A stretch of 32,000 nt of DNA from Flavobacteriaceae bacterium (GTDB lineage: Bacteria; Bacteroidota; Bacteroidia; Flavobacteriales; Flavobacteriaceae): NCBI GenBank assembly GCA_965224465.1, contig OZ245049.1:1200001-1232000 (forward strand), read 5' to 3'. Below, one piece after another: positions 23,888 to 32,000 of the stretch (positions are counted from its first letter, which is position 1; every line of letters begins with the position of its first letter). The position numbers were made by a program, and so were the translations under genes. Under the pieces are notes generated by a model. That model saw only the letters and a program-made list of their open reading frames with translations, was not told the DNA's origin and made no database searches.

Positions 23888-25644
23888 AATTCTTTGATTA
23901 TAGCATTGTTTTCAGAATAAAACATTCTACTTGTAGTTTTATATAGTTTAAAGGCTAAATATTTATTCATATCAAGGGTTAATGTTTTATATAAAAAAGG
24001 AACTCTACCTCCAGAAGCAGTTTGCAAGTTGAGATGTACTCCTGAATACCGTGCGTCTAAAAAAGGCTCACCTAAAGTATCTTTTTTACAAAAAAGAACA
24101 CCTGTAAGAGCATTAGATGCGTAGGTGTTAAGTAATTCTTTAGGTTTAGTAAAATAATTACTACCTTTTATACCGTAAGAAGGGTCGTAGTATTTTATTG
24201 TAGTTCCTTTGTTGAATGTGGCAAAAACGTGATCCCAAAAAAAGTGCATAGGCTTGTCATTTCCTTGTGCTTTATTTCCTGTTGGGGGATTTTCAACAGG
24301 TGCTTTCGGGTCATTTATCGTCCACGTTTTTACTAAAAAAATGGAATTAGTAAATTTCGAAATACTTGGACTTGGAACAAGATTAGCACCAACAGCGGAA
24401 GTAAAAGTAAATTTATTGACTTCAATACCTTGTGAAAGGGCAATATGGATGAAAAAAGAAGTGAATTCACCACAACGAGCTTCGCCGTCACGTATTAAGG
24501 TTCGTAAATACCTTGAGAAACTTCCTGTCAGAGAACTGGTATTTCTCCAATACCCTAAACCTTCGCTAGTTAAATCTTTGTCTAAGTAAGCAGTTCCTTC
24601 CCTTGCCCTAGTAATTTTTAAAGGTTCAAATTCTCTAAAAATAGCATCTAATATTTGCTCTTCGTTATCTTCTGTTTTTTTACTATCGCTACCTAAGCCT
24701 TTGGCTTGCTTGCAACCTATCCAAAGCAAAGTTTCAGTAATATTTTTTTTACTATTAAATGATGCTTTGATTTGTAGTGTATCATTTTCATTAATTTCTT
24801 TTTCAAAATCACTATATTTAGGTTCTTTCCAAGTAACATAGAGAGTGTTTTTAGAGGAACCCGCCTTTGTCCAAGTTTTTCCATCTTCAGAGTATTCAAA
24901 AAGAAGTTCAAAATTTGTTATATATTGTATGGTATCTTCATAGGGTTTATTATTACTTTTAAAGGTTACTTCAAATTCTCCGCTTGTTTTTCCTTTTTCA
25001 ATGTCAAAAGTATATTTTTTGTCCTTGTCCGTTACTCTTATTTTTGGTGCTTTGGTAAATGGATTTTTAGAGGTTACTTTTAAGGTTGCTGTCAATTTTA
25101 TTTTATCGGTACTTGCAAATGTTATAGGTATGAGGTCGGGTTTTATTGTGCTGTAATCGTCAGGGTTTGTTCTTTTAGACAACCAATGATAGTGCTTACC
25201 GCCATCTTCGAGTATATAGAATTTTTTGTAATCACTAAAATCTTTTACGTCATCACTACATATATCGTATTTTGTATCAAAAATTACTTTTGTCAGTACT
25301 AAAGTAGCTTTTGGAGCAGCGGCTTCTCCGTAGGTTTTTATTCCTGTAATGATTTTAGAAGTCTTTTTATCTTGTTGCTTTTTAGCCCCTTCAAGTTCAA
25401 TGGTGTTACCCGTTATTTTTTTGTGACGAACAAGTTTTTTACTCATTTTTTCGGTAATGGCATTTTCTCTAATGTTGTTTTCTTCCTCCCAAAGGGCTTT
25501 AAGTTCGTTTTTTAGGTCGGTTATATAGTTTTCCAAATCCAATCCAAAAAGTTCGTTTCTGTTTGTTGATGGATTATTGCTTTCGTCTATTTTGTCCGCA
25601 CTGCTAAATAGGTTTATCCAAAAGTTTGATTTTTCTTTACTCAT
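23884..25644 (-). CDS. Intact 586-aa toxin candidate: N-terminal delivery region plus C-terminal transglutaminase/papain-like Cys-His-Asp domain
   Basis: Has no signal peptide. The motifs GEARCGEFTSFFIHIALSQGI, HFFWDHVFATF and KYYDPSYG give a C...H...D order and spacing like the Transglut_core fold. It sits between a PAAR-like gene and a lipoprotein gene, with ATGA overlaps on both sides. Confidence 0.75.
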   Translation of the reverse strand: MSKEKSNFWINLFSSADKIDESNNPSTNRNELFGLDLENYITDLKNELKALWEEENNIRENAITEKMSKKLVRHKKITGNTIELEGAKKQQDKKTSKIITGIKTYGEAAAPKATLVLTKVIFDTKYDICSDDVKDFSDYKKFYILEDGGKHYHWLSKRTNPDDYSTIKPDLIPITFASTDKIKLTATLKVTSKNPFTKAPKIRVTDKDKKYTFDIEKGKTSGEFEVTFKSNNKPYEDTIQYITNFELLFEYSEDGKTWTKAGSSKNTLYVTWKEPKYSDFEKEINENDTLQIKASFNSKKNITETLLWIGCKQAKGLGSDSKKTEDNEEQILDAIFREFEPLKITRAREGTAYLDKDLTSEGLGYWRNTSSLTGSFSRYLRTLIRDGEARCGEFTSFFIHIALSQGIEVNKFTFTSAVGANLVPSPSISKFTNSIFLVKTWTINDPKAPVENPPTGNKAQGNDKPMHFFWDHVFATFNKGTTIKYYDPSYGIKGSNYFTKPKELLNTYASNALTGVLFCKKDTLGEPFLDARYSGVHLNLQTASGGRVPFLYKTLTLDMNKYLAFKLYKTTSRMFYSENNAIIKEL

Positions 25645-25994
25645 TGTCCTGAATTTAAAAATTGAACTTTACCTCCTAATGCACAGTTAATCGTAGATTT
25701 GTTGATTAGGGCATTTTTTCCTTCGATGAGCATATCTTTTTTAAAATCTATCCATTTTAAAAGTGAGATACTTGCTTTGCAAGGTTTTTGCGTAATAGAA
25801 CAAACGCCAAAATCAAAAGTATTTAGAATTGGATTTTTATCAATAGTGGAACAAGAATAAACACCATTAAATTTTAATACCTTTTTACGTGCTTTTATTT
25901 GGCAAGGTGTAGTTCCTTTATCGCAAACCATTATTGCACCGTCTTTGATATATTCAAAAGTTCCGCCATCTTCGGGCTGTATTAGTACTCCCAT
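25641..25994 (-). CDS. DUF4280 PAAR-like protein (module 2)
   Basis: A 117-aa ORF that differs from 16526..16879 at about 6 residues. Confidence 0.8.
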   Translation of the reverse strand: MGVLIQPEDGGTFEYIKDGAIMVCDKGTTPCQIKARKKVLKFNGVYSCSTIDKNPILNTFDFGVCSITQKPCKASISLLKWIDFKKDMLIEGKNALINKSTINCALGGKVQFLNSGQ

Positions 25995-26100
25995 ATTTTA
26001 TCTTTTTTCACCGTTATACTTCGTTGTTCTGAATTGTGTAGAACGGTGAAATATGACACGTGGTGCAGATTTAAAGAAATGAACTCTAAATGAACTCTGA

Positions 26101-26159
26101 GCCAAACAGTTGATTTTGTTTTATCTTATTTTTCACCAAAACAAAATCAACTGTTTGGC
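26101..26159. repeat. Perfect 22-bp inverted repeat (possible terminator or insulator between hamB and module 2)
   Basis: GCCAAACAGTTGATTTTGTTTT, a 15-nt loop, then AAAACAAAATCAACTGTTTGGC. It is flanked by three AATGAACTC direct repeats and a second hairpin GGACTGA..TCAGTCC. Confidence 0.6.
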
Positions 26160-26236
26160 GGTGTCTATTAATTGGACTGAACATAAAATGAACTCAGTCC
26201 GCACTATGTGATATATTTGGTGTTAGGTTTTCGTGT

Positions 26237-28537
26237 TTATTTTTTAGTAATTATTTTATCAATTTTCTCAAATGTTTTAAGTTCGTAATTATCAAACTTT
26301 AATTTTATACTATCTCTAGAATCAATATTTTCATAATAATCTACAATATTGGACGGAACACCATAATCACTTGCTATTTTGCCTTCATCTGTCAATGCAT
26401 TATGTTCAAATTTCATAAGTAATTTATCAATACCCAAGACATCGTCAATTAATATTTTTTCGGTAATAGAAATATAATACTTATACATAATATTAAACAC
26501 TCCAAGGTATTTAACAGTTTGATACTTTAATGTATTATAAACAAATTTTGATGTTAGTTGTATTGCTTTATCAATTGACTCACCCTTAGCTAAGTAATAA
26601 TTAACAGACCCTTTAAAGCCACCTTTCAAATAATAGTATATTAAACTAGTTAAAGTTGAATAATCACCTTTAGAGCCTGTATGTTCAATTAAAAATCTAA
26701 GATTCTTATTAGTTATTATTGGTAATATAGTACGTAAAATAATTTGAAATCCATCATAATCTATATTTAATCTGAAGTTTATAATTTTAATTAATTTCTT
26801 TATTTTTCTAATATCAAAGTTTGATAAATCAAAAATATTATCATAAACCGTAATCTTATCTAACCTACTAATAACTTTATACTGAGATAAAATCTCATCA
26901 GGAATACCTCTTTTAAATTGTTCTTTTATAACATTTTTTTTTCTGCTTTGATCAACATCAGACAAGTATTTATTATTAGTATAAAATAAATCTATTTCAT
27001 CTTTAGGCGCATTTATATCATAGTTTTTATGTTTTAAAGCTTCATCTTCTCCATTAATTATATTAATAAATGAATTACTCAAATCAATAACTCGTCCACT
27101 AAAATGATGACCAAAACGACCTGCTCTACCAGCAATATTTTTTGCATCAAATTTTTTAAGATCCTTATTTCCCTTTTTACTGTGCATAACGATCAAATTT
27201 TTTGCCGATGTATTTACACCTTCAGTAATAGTAGTCGTTGATATTAAGATTTTAATATATCCCTTATTAAATAAATTTATTATTTCTTTTTGAATATATT
27301 TAGGAATTAGTCCATGATGTATACCAATTCCACTTTTTAGTGCGCGTACTAAAATCCAATTATCTGTGAAATTTAAAGATATATGATTAATTAGTTCATC
27401 ATACTCGTTTGTAATATGGTTATTTAATATACCTGATTTAATAATCACTTCAGCATACTTTTCTACTCCACCGTTCTTGCCTCTATTAGAACAATAAACA
27501 ATTATATTTTGTGAAATATTTAATATTGCATCAATAGTTTCTATTAATGTTTTTGATTTATTTTTTGATTTTGTATAACTAATATTTAACTGGTTATCCT
27601 CTGGATATGTTTTATTTTGCCTAACACCTAAATACGTTTTATTTACAATTTCATATTTATTATAATTTATTAACGAAATTTTATTATCTTTTAAAAAATA
27701 ATTAAATGATGGATTATAATTGTAGGAATCTGGTATTGAAAACTCCATATATGGACCTGCAAATAACATATCTGAATTTTGAGATAGAGCATAAAATATA
27801 GCTAAACGATACGCAACATCTCGTTCATTTTCTCTTAATTGTTCATCAATTAAGTAGTCATTATCTATTTTGTATACTTCATCTACAAATATAAAATCAA
27901 ATTTTATATTATAATCTGATTTTTCAGTAAAAGACAAATATCTTTCAGGAGTATAAATAAAAATATTATTCTTTCCGAGTTTTTTAACTTCACTCAGAGT
28001 ATGTATTGAATAATTTTCACGAAACATTTCATAATTTAATCCTGAAAGTAATTTATCCATATTTTCTGAAAGAAGTGCTATTGTAGGAAAAATCAACACA
28101 ATATTTGAATATTTCATTTTCTTAATAACTTCAAATACAATATGAGTTTTACCAAATGAAGTACTTGCGGATAGAAAAAATCTATTCATTTTAGAAAAAT
28201 TAAATTTGTCCAATATTTCCTTTTGGTATTTATGAAGCATACTATTTTCGTCTGTATGTAAAACACTTTCGTAATAAAGTGAAGAGAATGTTCTTAAATC
28301 AAATGAATTAATATTTGGCTTTTGATCAAATTTATCCAGAATATTATAGAAATGTGGAATACCTGAAATATTCGCAATATATCTAAGAAACTTGAAATCA
28401 TTCTGAGTTAATACTTCATTTTTAATAAGATCAAAATAAGAACATACTAAACTAATAAACTTAAAATCTATAAGCTTTCCTTTTTTAAATAGGTTTAGTG
28501 CAATTATTAAATTTGTGGTTTCCTTGATTCTATCCAT
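26237..28537 (-). CDS. hamB: SF2 helicase, Hachiman HamB-type
   Basis: A 766-aa ORF. Motif I is SASTSFGKTHI, motif II is FIFVDEVYK (DExx), and motif VI is NIAGRAGRFG. It overlaps the end of the upstream 298-aa gene by 31 nt. Confidence 0.7.
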   Translation of the reverse strand: MDRIKETTNLIIALNLFKKGKLIDFKFISLVCSYFDLIKNEVLTQNDFKFLRYIANISGIPHFYNILDKFDQKPNINSFDLRTFSSLYYESVLHTDENSMLHKYQKEILDKFNFSKMNRFFLSASTSFGKTHIVFEVIKKMKYSNIVLIFPTIALLSENMDKLLSGLNYEMFRENYSIHTLSEVKKLGKNNIFIYTPERYLSFTEKSDYNIKFDFIFVDEVYKIDNDYLIDEQLRENERDVAYRLAIFYALSQNSDMLFAGPYMEFSIPDSYNYNPSFNYFLKDNKISLINYNKYEIVNKTYLGVRQNKTYPEDNQLNISYTKSKNKSKTLIETIDAILNISQNIIVYCSNRGKNGGVEKYAEVIIKSGILNNHITNEYDELINHISLNFTDNWILVRALKSGIGIHHGLIPKYIQKEIINLFNKGYIKILISTTTITEGVNTSAKNLIVMHSKKGNKDLKKFDAKNIAGRAGRFGHHFSGRVIDLSNSFINIINGEDEALKHKNYDINAPKDEIDLFYTNNKYLSDVDQSRKKNVIKEQFKRGIPDEILSQYKVISRLDKITVYDNIFDLSNFDIRKIKKLIKIINFRLNIDYDGFQIILRTILPIITNKNLRFLIEHTGSKGDYSTLTSLIYYYLKGGFKGSVNYYLAKGESIDKAIQLTSKFVYNTLKYQTVKYLGVFNIMYKYYISITEKILIDDVLGIDKLLMKFEHNALTDEGKIASDYGVPSNIVDYYENIDSRDSIKLKFDNYELKTFEKIDKIITKK

Positions 28538-29403
28538 TTTATAACAGTTGTTTTTATGTCTCTTACTTTATCTACAGGTAATAGTATAAAATAGATTGAA
28601 TATGGTATTGACAATTCAAATTGAGTAGCAGTATATTTTTCATTAATATGTTTGATTACAGAATCTATACTATAATCATAACCTCGTTTATGTTTGTCAT
28701 AAAGTATGATAATTGGATATATTAATTTTATATTATACTTTTTAACATATTCCATTATATTTACCATTGGGTTTTTTTCCCATTCATTTATTATTGTTTC
28801 TACTTTTGTTCCTGTAATATTAAAGCTATTCTTGAAATTTGTAATAGCAAGAAGATTTTTCGATAAATATTTATCCGAAATAGCTTTATCAATATTATCT
28901 AACGCACTATCAACACCAGATTTAAACGTGTTTCTGAATTTAACTTCACCAAACCATAACTCTGTTATTCCTTTATTTTCAATTAAATGATAAGAATCAT
29001 ACCCTTTAGTTTCGGACGACTCCAATGGGTTATAAAAATAGCCCCTAGAAATAACAGCTTTTGCGTTAAATTTTGCATAAAGCATACAGTATAATATAGT
29101 TTCACCGTGAAAACCATAACTTATTTTATATTTTTCCTTTGCATATTCATTATACTTCATTTTTGTAAGTAAAGCGATAGTATGCATATTCATCATATCC
29201 TTATCTTCTAAATCGAATTCATTAAAAGAATAATCAACGATAGAATTATAAATAATAGTTGCAAGAGTATCATTACTTACTGATAAAAAACATTTATCAT
29301 TTTCTGTAGAGAATATTGATTTATCAATTTTTAGTTGAGGATTAGGTAAATCATATTTGTAAACAATAGACTTGGATATTAGATCTAATAATTCATTTCT
29401 CAT
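28507..29403 (-). CDS. hamA: HamA-type (DUF1837-like) nuclease partner of the helicase
   Basis: A 298-aa ORF with a PD-(D/E)xK-like signature GYDSYHL...ELWFGEVKF. Its position and size immediately upstream of the SF2 helicase match the Hachiman architecture. Confidence 0.6.
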   Translation of the reverse strand: MRNELLDLISKSIVYKYDLPNPQLKIDKSIFSTENDKCFLSVSNDTLATIIYNSIVDYSFNEFDLEDKDMMNMHTIALLTKMKYNEYAKEKYKISYGFHGETILYCMLYAKFNAKAVISRGYFYNPLESSETKGYDSYHLIENKGITELWFGEVKFRNTFKSGVDSALDNIDKAISDKYLSKNLLAITNFKNSFNITGTKVETIINEWEKNPMVNIMEYVKKYNIKLIYPIIILYDKHKRGYDYSIDSVIKHINEKYTATQFELSIPYSIYFILLPVDKVRDIKTTVIKWIESRKPQI

Positions 29404-29430
29404 TATATTGCTTTTTTTTGCATGAAACCT

Positions 29431-30123
29431 AACACCTCTATATCCACAATAGCAACCCTAAAGTTGACGTTATTTCCGCAATACCTACAAGCACTACAGA
29501 GGCTGTTAAATTTATAGTTTAAAGGTAGTTAATAATTTAAATTACCAGTATATAACTGGCATATTTATTAACAAAAATTTACTGTAAAGTGTTGCATGCA
29601 TACTTTGTAGTATTTGCAGTACTTGTGGGGGTTTAATTGGTGCTAATTCCTTAGGGAACGGTGTGTTTTTTAGCTGTATTATTTATTTTAACAGTATTAT
29701 TACTTCTAAAAAGAGGAATACTGGGTGTTTTTTTACGCTTAAAAAGTCTTCGTATTCAAACAATCGTTTTAACCGTTTAAAACGGTTATTTTAAGGACAA
29801 GAATAAAAATTAAGTCTTCTTTTAAAAAAAATATTGCCGTCAGGTACTAATAACAGAATAAAAAAACAAACATAGCCACGTAAAGTAAAACGCATACCAA
29901 AAGCACTGCTGACCAATACTTATCCGTATCTTAAAATAGTGAAAACATATTCCACAAAAGAGCGTGAGAGAAAATGACCTAAAAATAAGTGATACCTATT
30001 AAGGTCTTTGTTGATAGCCAATTAATTAAATCGCGCAATCCCCATAGTATCATCTTTTGAGCCGGTATAAGTCAATAGGATGTTCATGCTGGGTGCTACG
30101 CACCGGACGAACACTTAGTTATT
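29431..30123. repeat. R module copy D (full length, 693 bp)
   Basis: Collinear with copies B and C and ends 28 nt before the hamA start. It carries a 1-nt insertion (gtataAgtcaat) that frameshifts the sORF. Confidence 0.9.
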
Positions 30124-30175
30124 GGGCGTAGTTTTTTGCTTTCTTATTTTAATTGGCTTTATGATAAAACATAAT

Positions 30176-30586
30176 TTAACTATTAATTTTATTTTTAATA
30201 GTTTTTTCTAAAAAAGAGAGTTGAGATGGTTCAATCGTTTTTATTGGGAATTTGAGTGTTTTCTCTTTTTCATTTGGATTTTGATAAATTATAATAATAT
30301 TTTTTCCAACAATCGAATAAGATTTTAAACCACTATAAGAAACATTTTTCTTTCCTAAAACAGCAATTTGAAAGACAAAATGTTTTTCTAAAAATTTAAA
30401 TGCCATAACATTTTGGTTGAAAAACCAAATAAATATAAATAATACAGCAATTCCAATTGGCATACCTGCAATTCGATTGAATAATATAAATATTATAAAA
30501 CTTGCTACCCCCATAAATATTGCCATATACAAAAGTCTATTTTTTGTACTTGAACTTAATTCAATTTCATTAATTGATTTACTCAT
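30176..30586 (-). CDS. Small membrane protein (two N-terminal TM helices plus a soluble tail of about 70 aa)
   Basis: A 136-aa ORF that overlaps the upstream ORF by 8 nt. No family was recognised. Confidence 0.5.
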   Translation of the reverse strand: MSKSINEIELSSSTKNRLLYMAIFMGVASFIIFILFNRIAGMPIGIAVLFIFIWFFNQNVMAFKFLEKHFVFQIAVLGKKNVSYSGLKSYSIVGKNIIIIYQNPNEKEKTLKFPIKTIEPSQLSFLEKTIKNKINS

Positions 30587-30869
30587 AATTCTCTTTATAA
30601 AATTTATTATCTTCTAATTTTTCAACTATTTTTCGTACTCCTATTATTCCAATAATACCTATAGGAATAAATAAAAAACTCCCAATACTAAATATGATAC
30701 TTCCTATTTTCGCATTGTTAAACTGCATTATTATAACTCCAATATAACATAATAATAACGCTATAATTAATATTATGTATAATCCTCTATATTCACCTGA
30801 AGCATAAATGAAAAAGGTAATCAAGCTATTAATAATTAAACCTATAACTGTTAAGGAGTTTATTTTCAT
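30579..30869 (-). CDS. Small polytopic membrane protein
   Basis: A 96-aa ORF with three hydrophobic helices. Confidence 0.5.
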   Translation of the reverse strand: MKINSLTVIGLIINSLITFFIYASGEYRGLYIILIIALLLCYIGVIIMQFNNAKIGSIIFSIGSFLFIPIGIIGIIGVRKIVEKLEDNKFYKENYE

Positions 30870-31101
30870 TGCAAATAATATTTTATATTAATTTTCAAAA
30901 ATAATACATTTATTATAACAAGTCAAGATTTTGGGTTACTTATTATTTTATTAGTCCATTCTTTCAACCTATTTCAGAATTATACTTTTCTTAAAATTGC
31001 GCATAACAGCACGGCTATGCTGAGATTGTTTGTGTTGCGCCAGCGGCAAACAAATTACGTATGCGCCATTGTTATGAGCTTTTTTCCTTATTAAGTCATG
31101 C

Positions 31102-31380
31102 CTATATCACTAAGTCTTCATATTCTTGGGTAGTAGAATTTTCAATAAATATTTTCCTATCTTTAGATTTCTTAAAATTCAAAGAGCCGTGTAATTTCCA
31201 CAATTTTGTCCAACTACTTTTTACGTATACACCATTAAAATCATCGACTGAATCAGGCACAAAAAAGGGTTTAACATTTCCAATGAAACCAGAAAAATAT
31301 GGTAGATCATTTTTTTCAAGTGCCATTTCTATCAGCAAATCATAATTAAGAGAAAAGATTTCCTTCTCATGCTCTTGGTT
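31102..31380 (-). pseudogene. SIR2-like (SIR2_2-type) gene remnant
   Basis: EKEIFSLNYDLLIEMAL and TKLWKLHGSLN match the TTNYD..LE and KLHGS motifs of defence-type SIR2 domains. The N-terminus is replaced by the IS30 end, so the first 8 codons of the track ORF derive from the IS inverted repeat. The frame stops prematurely after EDLVI. Confidence 0.55.
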
Positions 31381-31384
31381 CTTA

Positions 31385-32000
31385 AATTCAAGTAGTAAAT
31401 GCAACTTCTTAGATTTGAGAGTTTCTAAGGTTTATTTTTCAAAACAGAAAGAGAGTCACCTCTCCTTCATGTTTTGATGGAATAGTTACCTTACGCCCTC
31501 AAGTCTCTGAAAAAGAAGTAGTATGGCACATTTAACCAAAGAACAAAGATACACAATTACCTGTATGTTATCACAGGGGTATTCTAAGTCCAAAATAGCC
31601 TTGGCTATAGGGAAACATAAAAGCACTATAAGTAGAGAATGCAAACGTAATTGCGATGCTCGTAGCGGCTCCTATGAATACGAATTAGCACATAGAAAGT
31701 GGAAGGATAGACATAAGAAAAAGCGAAAGCACATTAGGTTTACTGAGAAGATAAGAAGCGAGGTTGAAAAGCTGTTACGTGATGATTATAGTCCAGAACA
31801 AGTGGTTGGAATACTTACTAAGCAAGGAAAAGAAGTTGTTTCAGTAGAACGTATTTATCAGCATATCTGGCAAGATAAGAAGCATAAAGGCACACTCTAT
31901 ACTCATTTAAGAAGACAAGGAAGGAAGTACAGGAAACGAGGGGCATTCAAGGACTCACGTGGTATTATTAAAGATCGAATTAGTATTGAAAAACGACCAG
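31385..32000 (+). mobile_element. Second, diverged IS30-family element (left part; runs off the window)
   Basis: The left end AATTCAAGTAGTAAATGCAACTTCTT and the leader (ttttcaaaacagaaa...) are collinear with the IS30 at 10618. Confidence 0.7.
31523..32000 (+). CDS. IS30-family transposase (5' partial in window)
   Basis: The frame from the ATG at 31523 is open to the window end. It encodes MAHLTKEQRYTITCMLSQGYSKSKIALAIGKHKSTISRECKRN...RRQGRKYRKRGAFKDSRGIIKDRISIEKRP, collinear with the 10755..11711 product. It is absent from the ORF track because it has no stop in the window. Confidence 0.8.
   Translation, partial: MAHLTKEQRYTITCMLSQGYSKSKIALAIGKHKSTISRECKRNCDARSGSYEYELAHRKWKDRHKKKRKHIRFTEKIRSEVEKLLRDDYSPEQVVGILTKQGKEVVSVERIYQHIWQDKKHKGTLYTHLRRQGRKYRKRGAFKDSRGIIKDRISIEKRP

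Noticed and set aside
13856-25994. Calling the PAAR-like modules a type VI secretion locus.
   Set aside because: No VgrG, Hcp, sheath, baseplate or membrane-complex genes are present in the window. Only the DUF4280 cargo adaptor is seen, so the delivery system remains unknown.
7904-30123. CRISPR array as an explanation for the repeated intergenic sequence.
   Set aside because: The repeats are about 690 bp, not 25-40 bp. The sequences between them are multi-gene blocks. No short regularly spaced repeats or cas genes were seen.

Overview
This window is AT-rich and looks like an accessory region of a Bacteroidota genome, probably Flavobacteriia. That guess rests on the XrtN/MSEP-CTERM pair, the signal peptides, TAnnTTTG-type promoter boxes and the IS30/IS66 elements. 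Almost all genes lie on the minus strand. Reading along the minus strand from high to low coordinates, the window contains: (1) a partial IS30 copy that truncates a SIR2-like gene remnant; (2) two small membrane-protein genes; (3) a HamA/HamB (Hachiman-type) pair; (4) an intact three-gene module of a DUF4280 PAAR-like protein, a 586-aa transglutaminase/papain-like Cys-His-Asp toxin and a lipoprotein immunity candidate; (5) two orphan immunity-type genes; (6) a Crp/Fnr regulator split by an IS66 element with an 8-bp target duplication; (7) a PanE/ApbA-like reductase; (8) a second, about 90 percent similar copy of the PAAR-like/toxin/immunity module, whose toxin gene is split by a 5-bp tandem duplication; (9) a two-gene pair of a 283-aa unknown protein and a ClpB-D2-like AAA+ ATPase, which looks Dodola-like and has an IS30 at its 3' end; (10) a GHSLGG lipase with a lipoprotein immunity candidate; (11) a secreted hydrolase with six near-identical 171-bp FG-GAP-type repeats; (12) an exosortase XrtN gene with its MSEP-CTERM substrate. 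The most unusual feature is not a protein. A non-coding module of about 690 bp occurs as four direct copies (three full, one 279-bp partial) at roughly 90-95 percent identity by eye. Each copy starts at the stop codon of one gene block and ends 25-50 nt before the first start codon of the next, functionally unrelated block. This divides the island into toxin, immunity and defence cassettes. No integrase, T6SS structural gene, tRNA, rRNA or CRISPR array was seen in the window. All family names come from motifs I recognised by eye and need HMM or BLAST confirmation.
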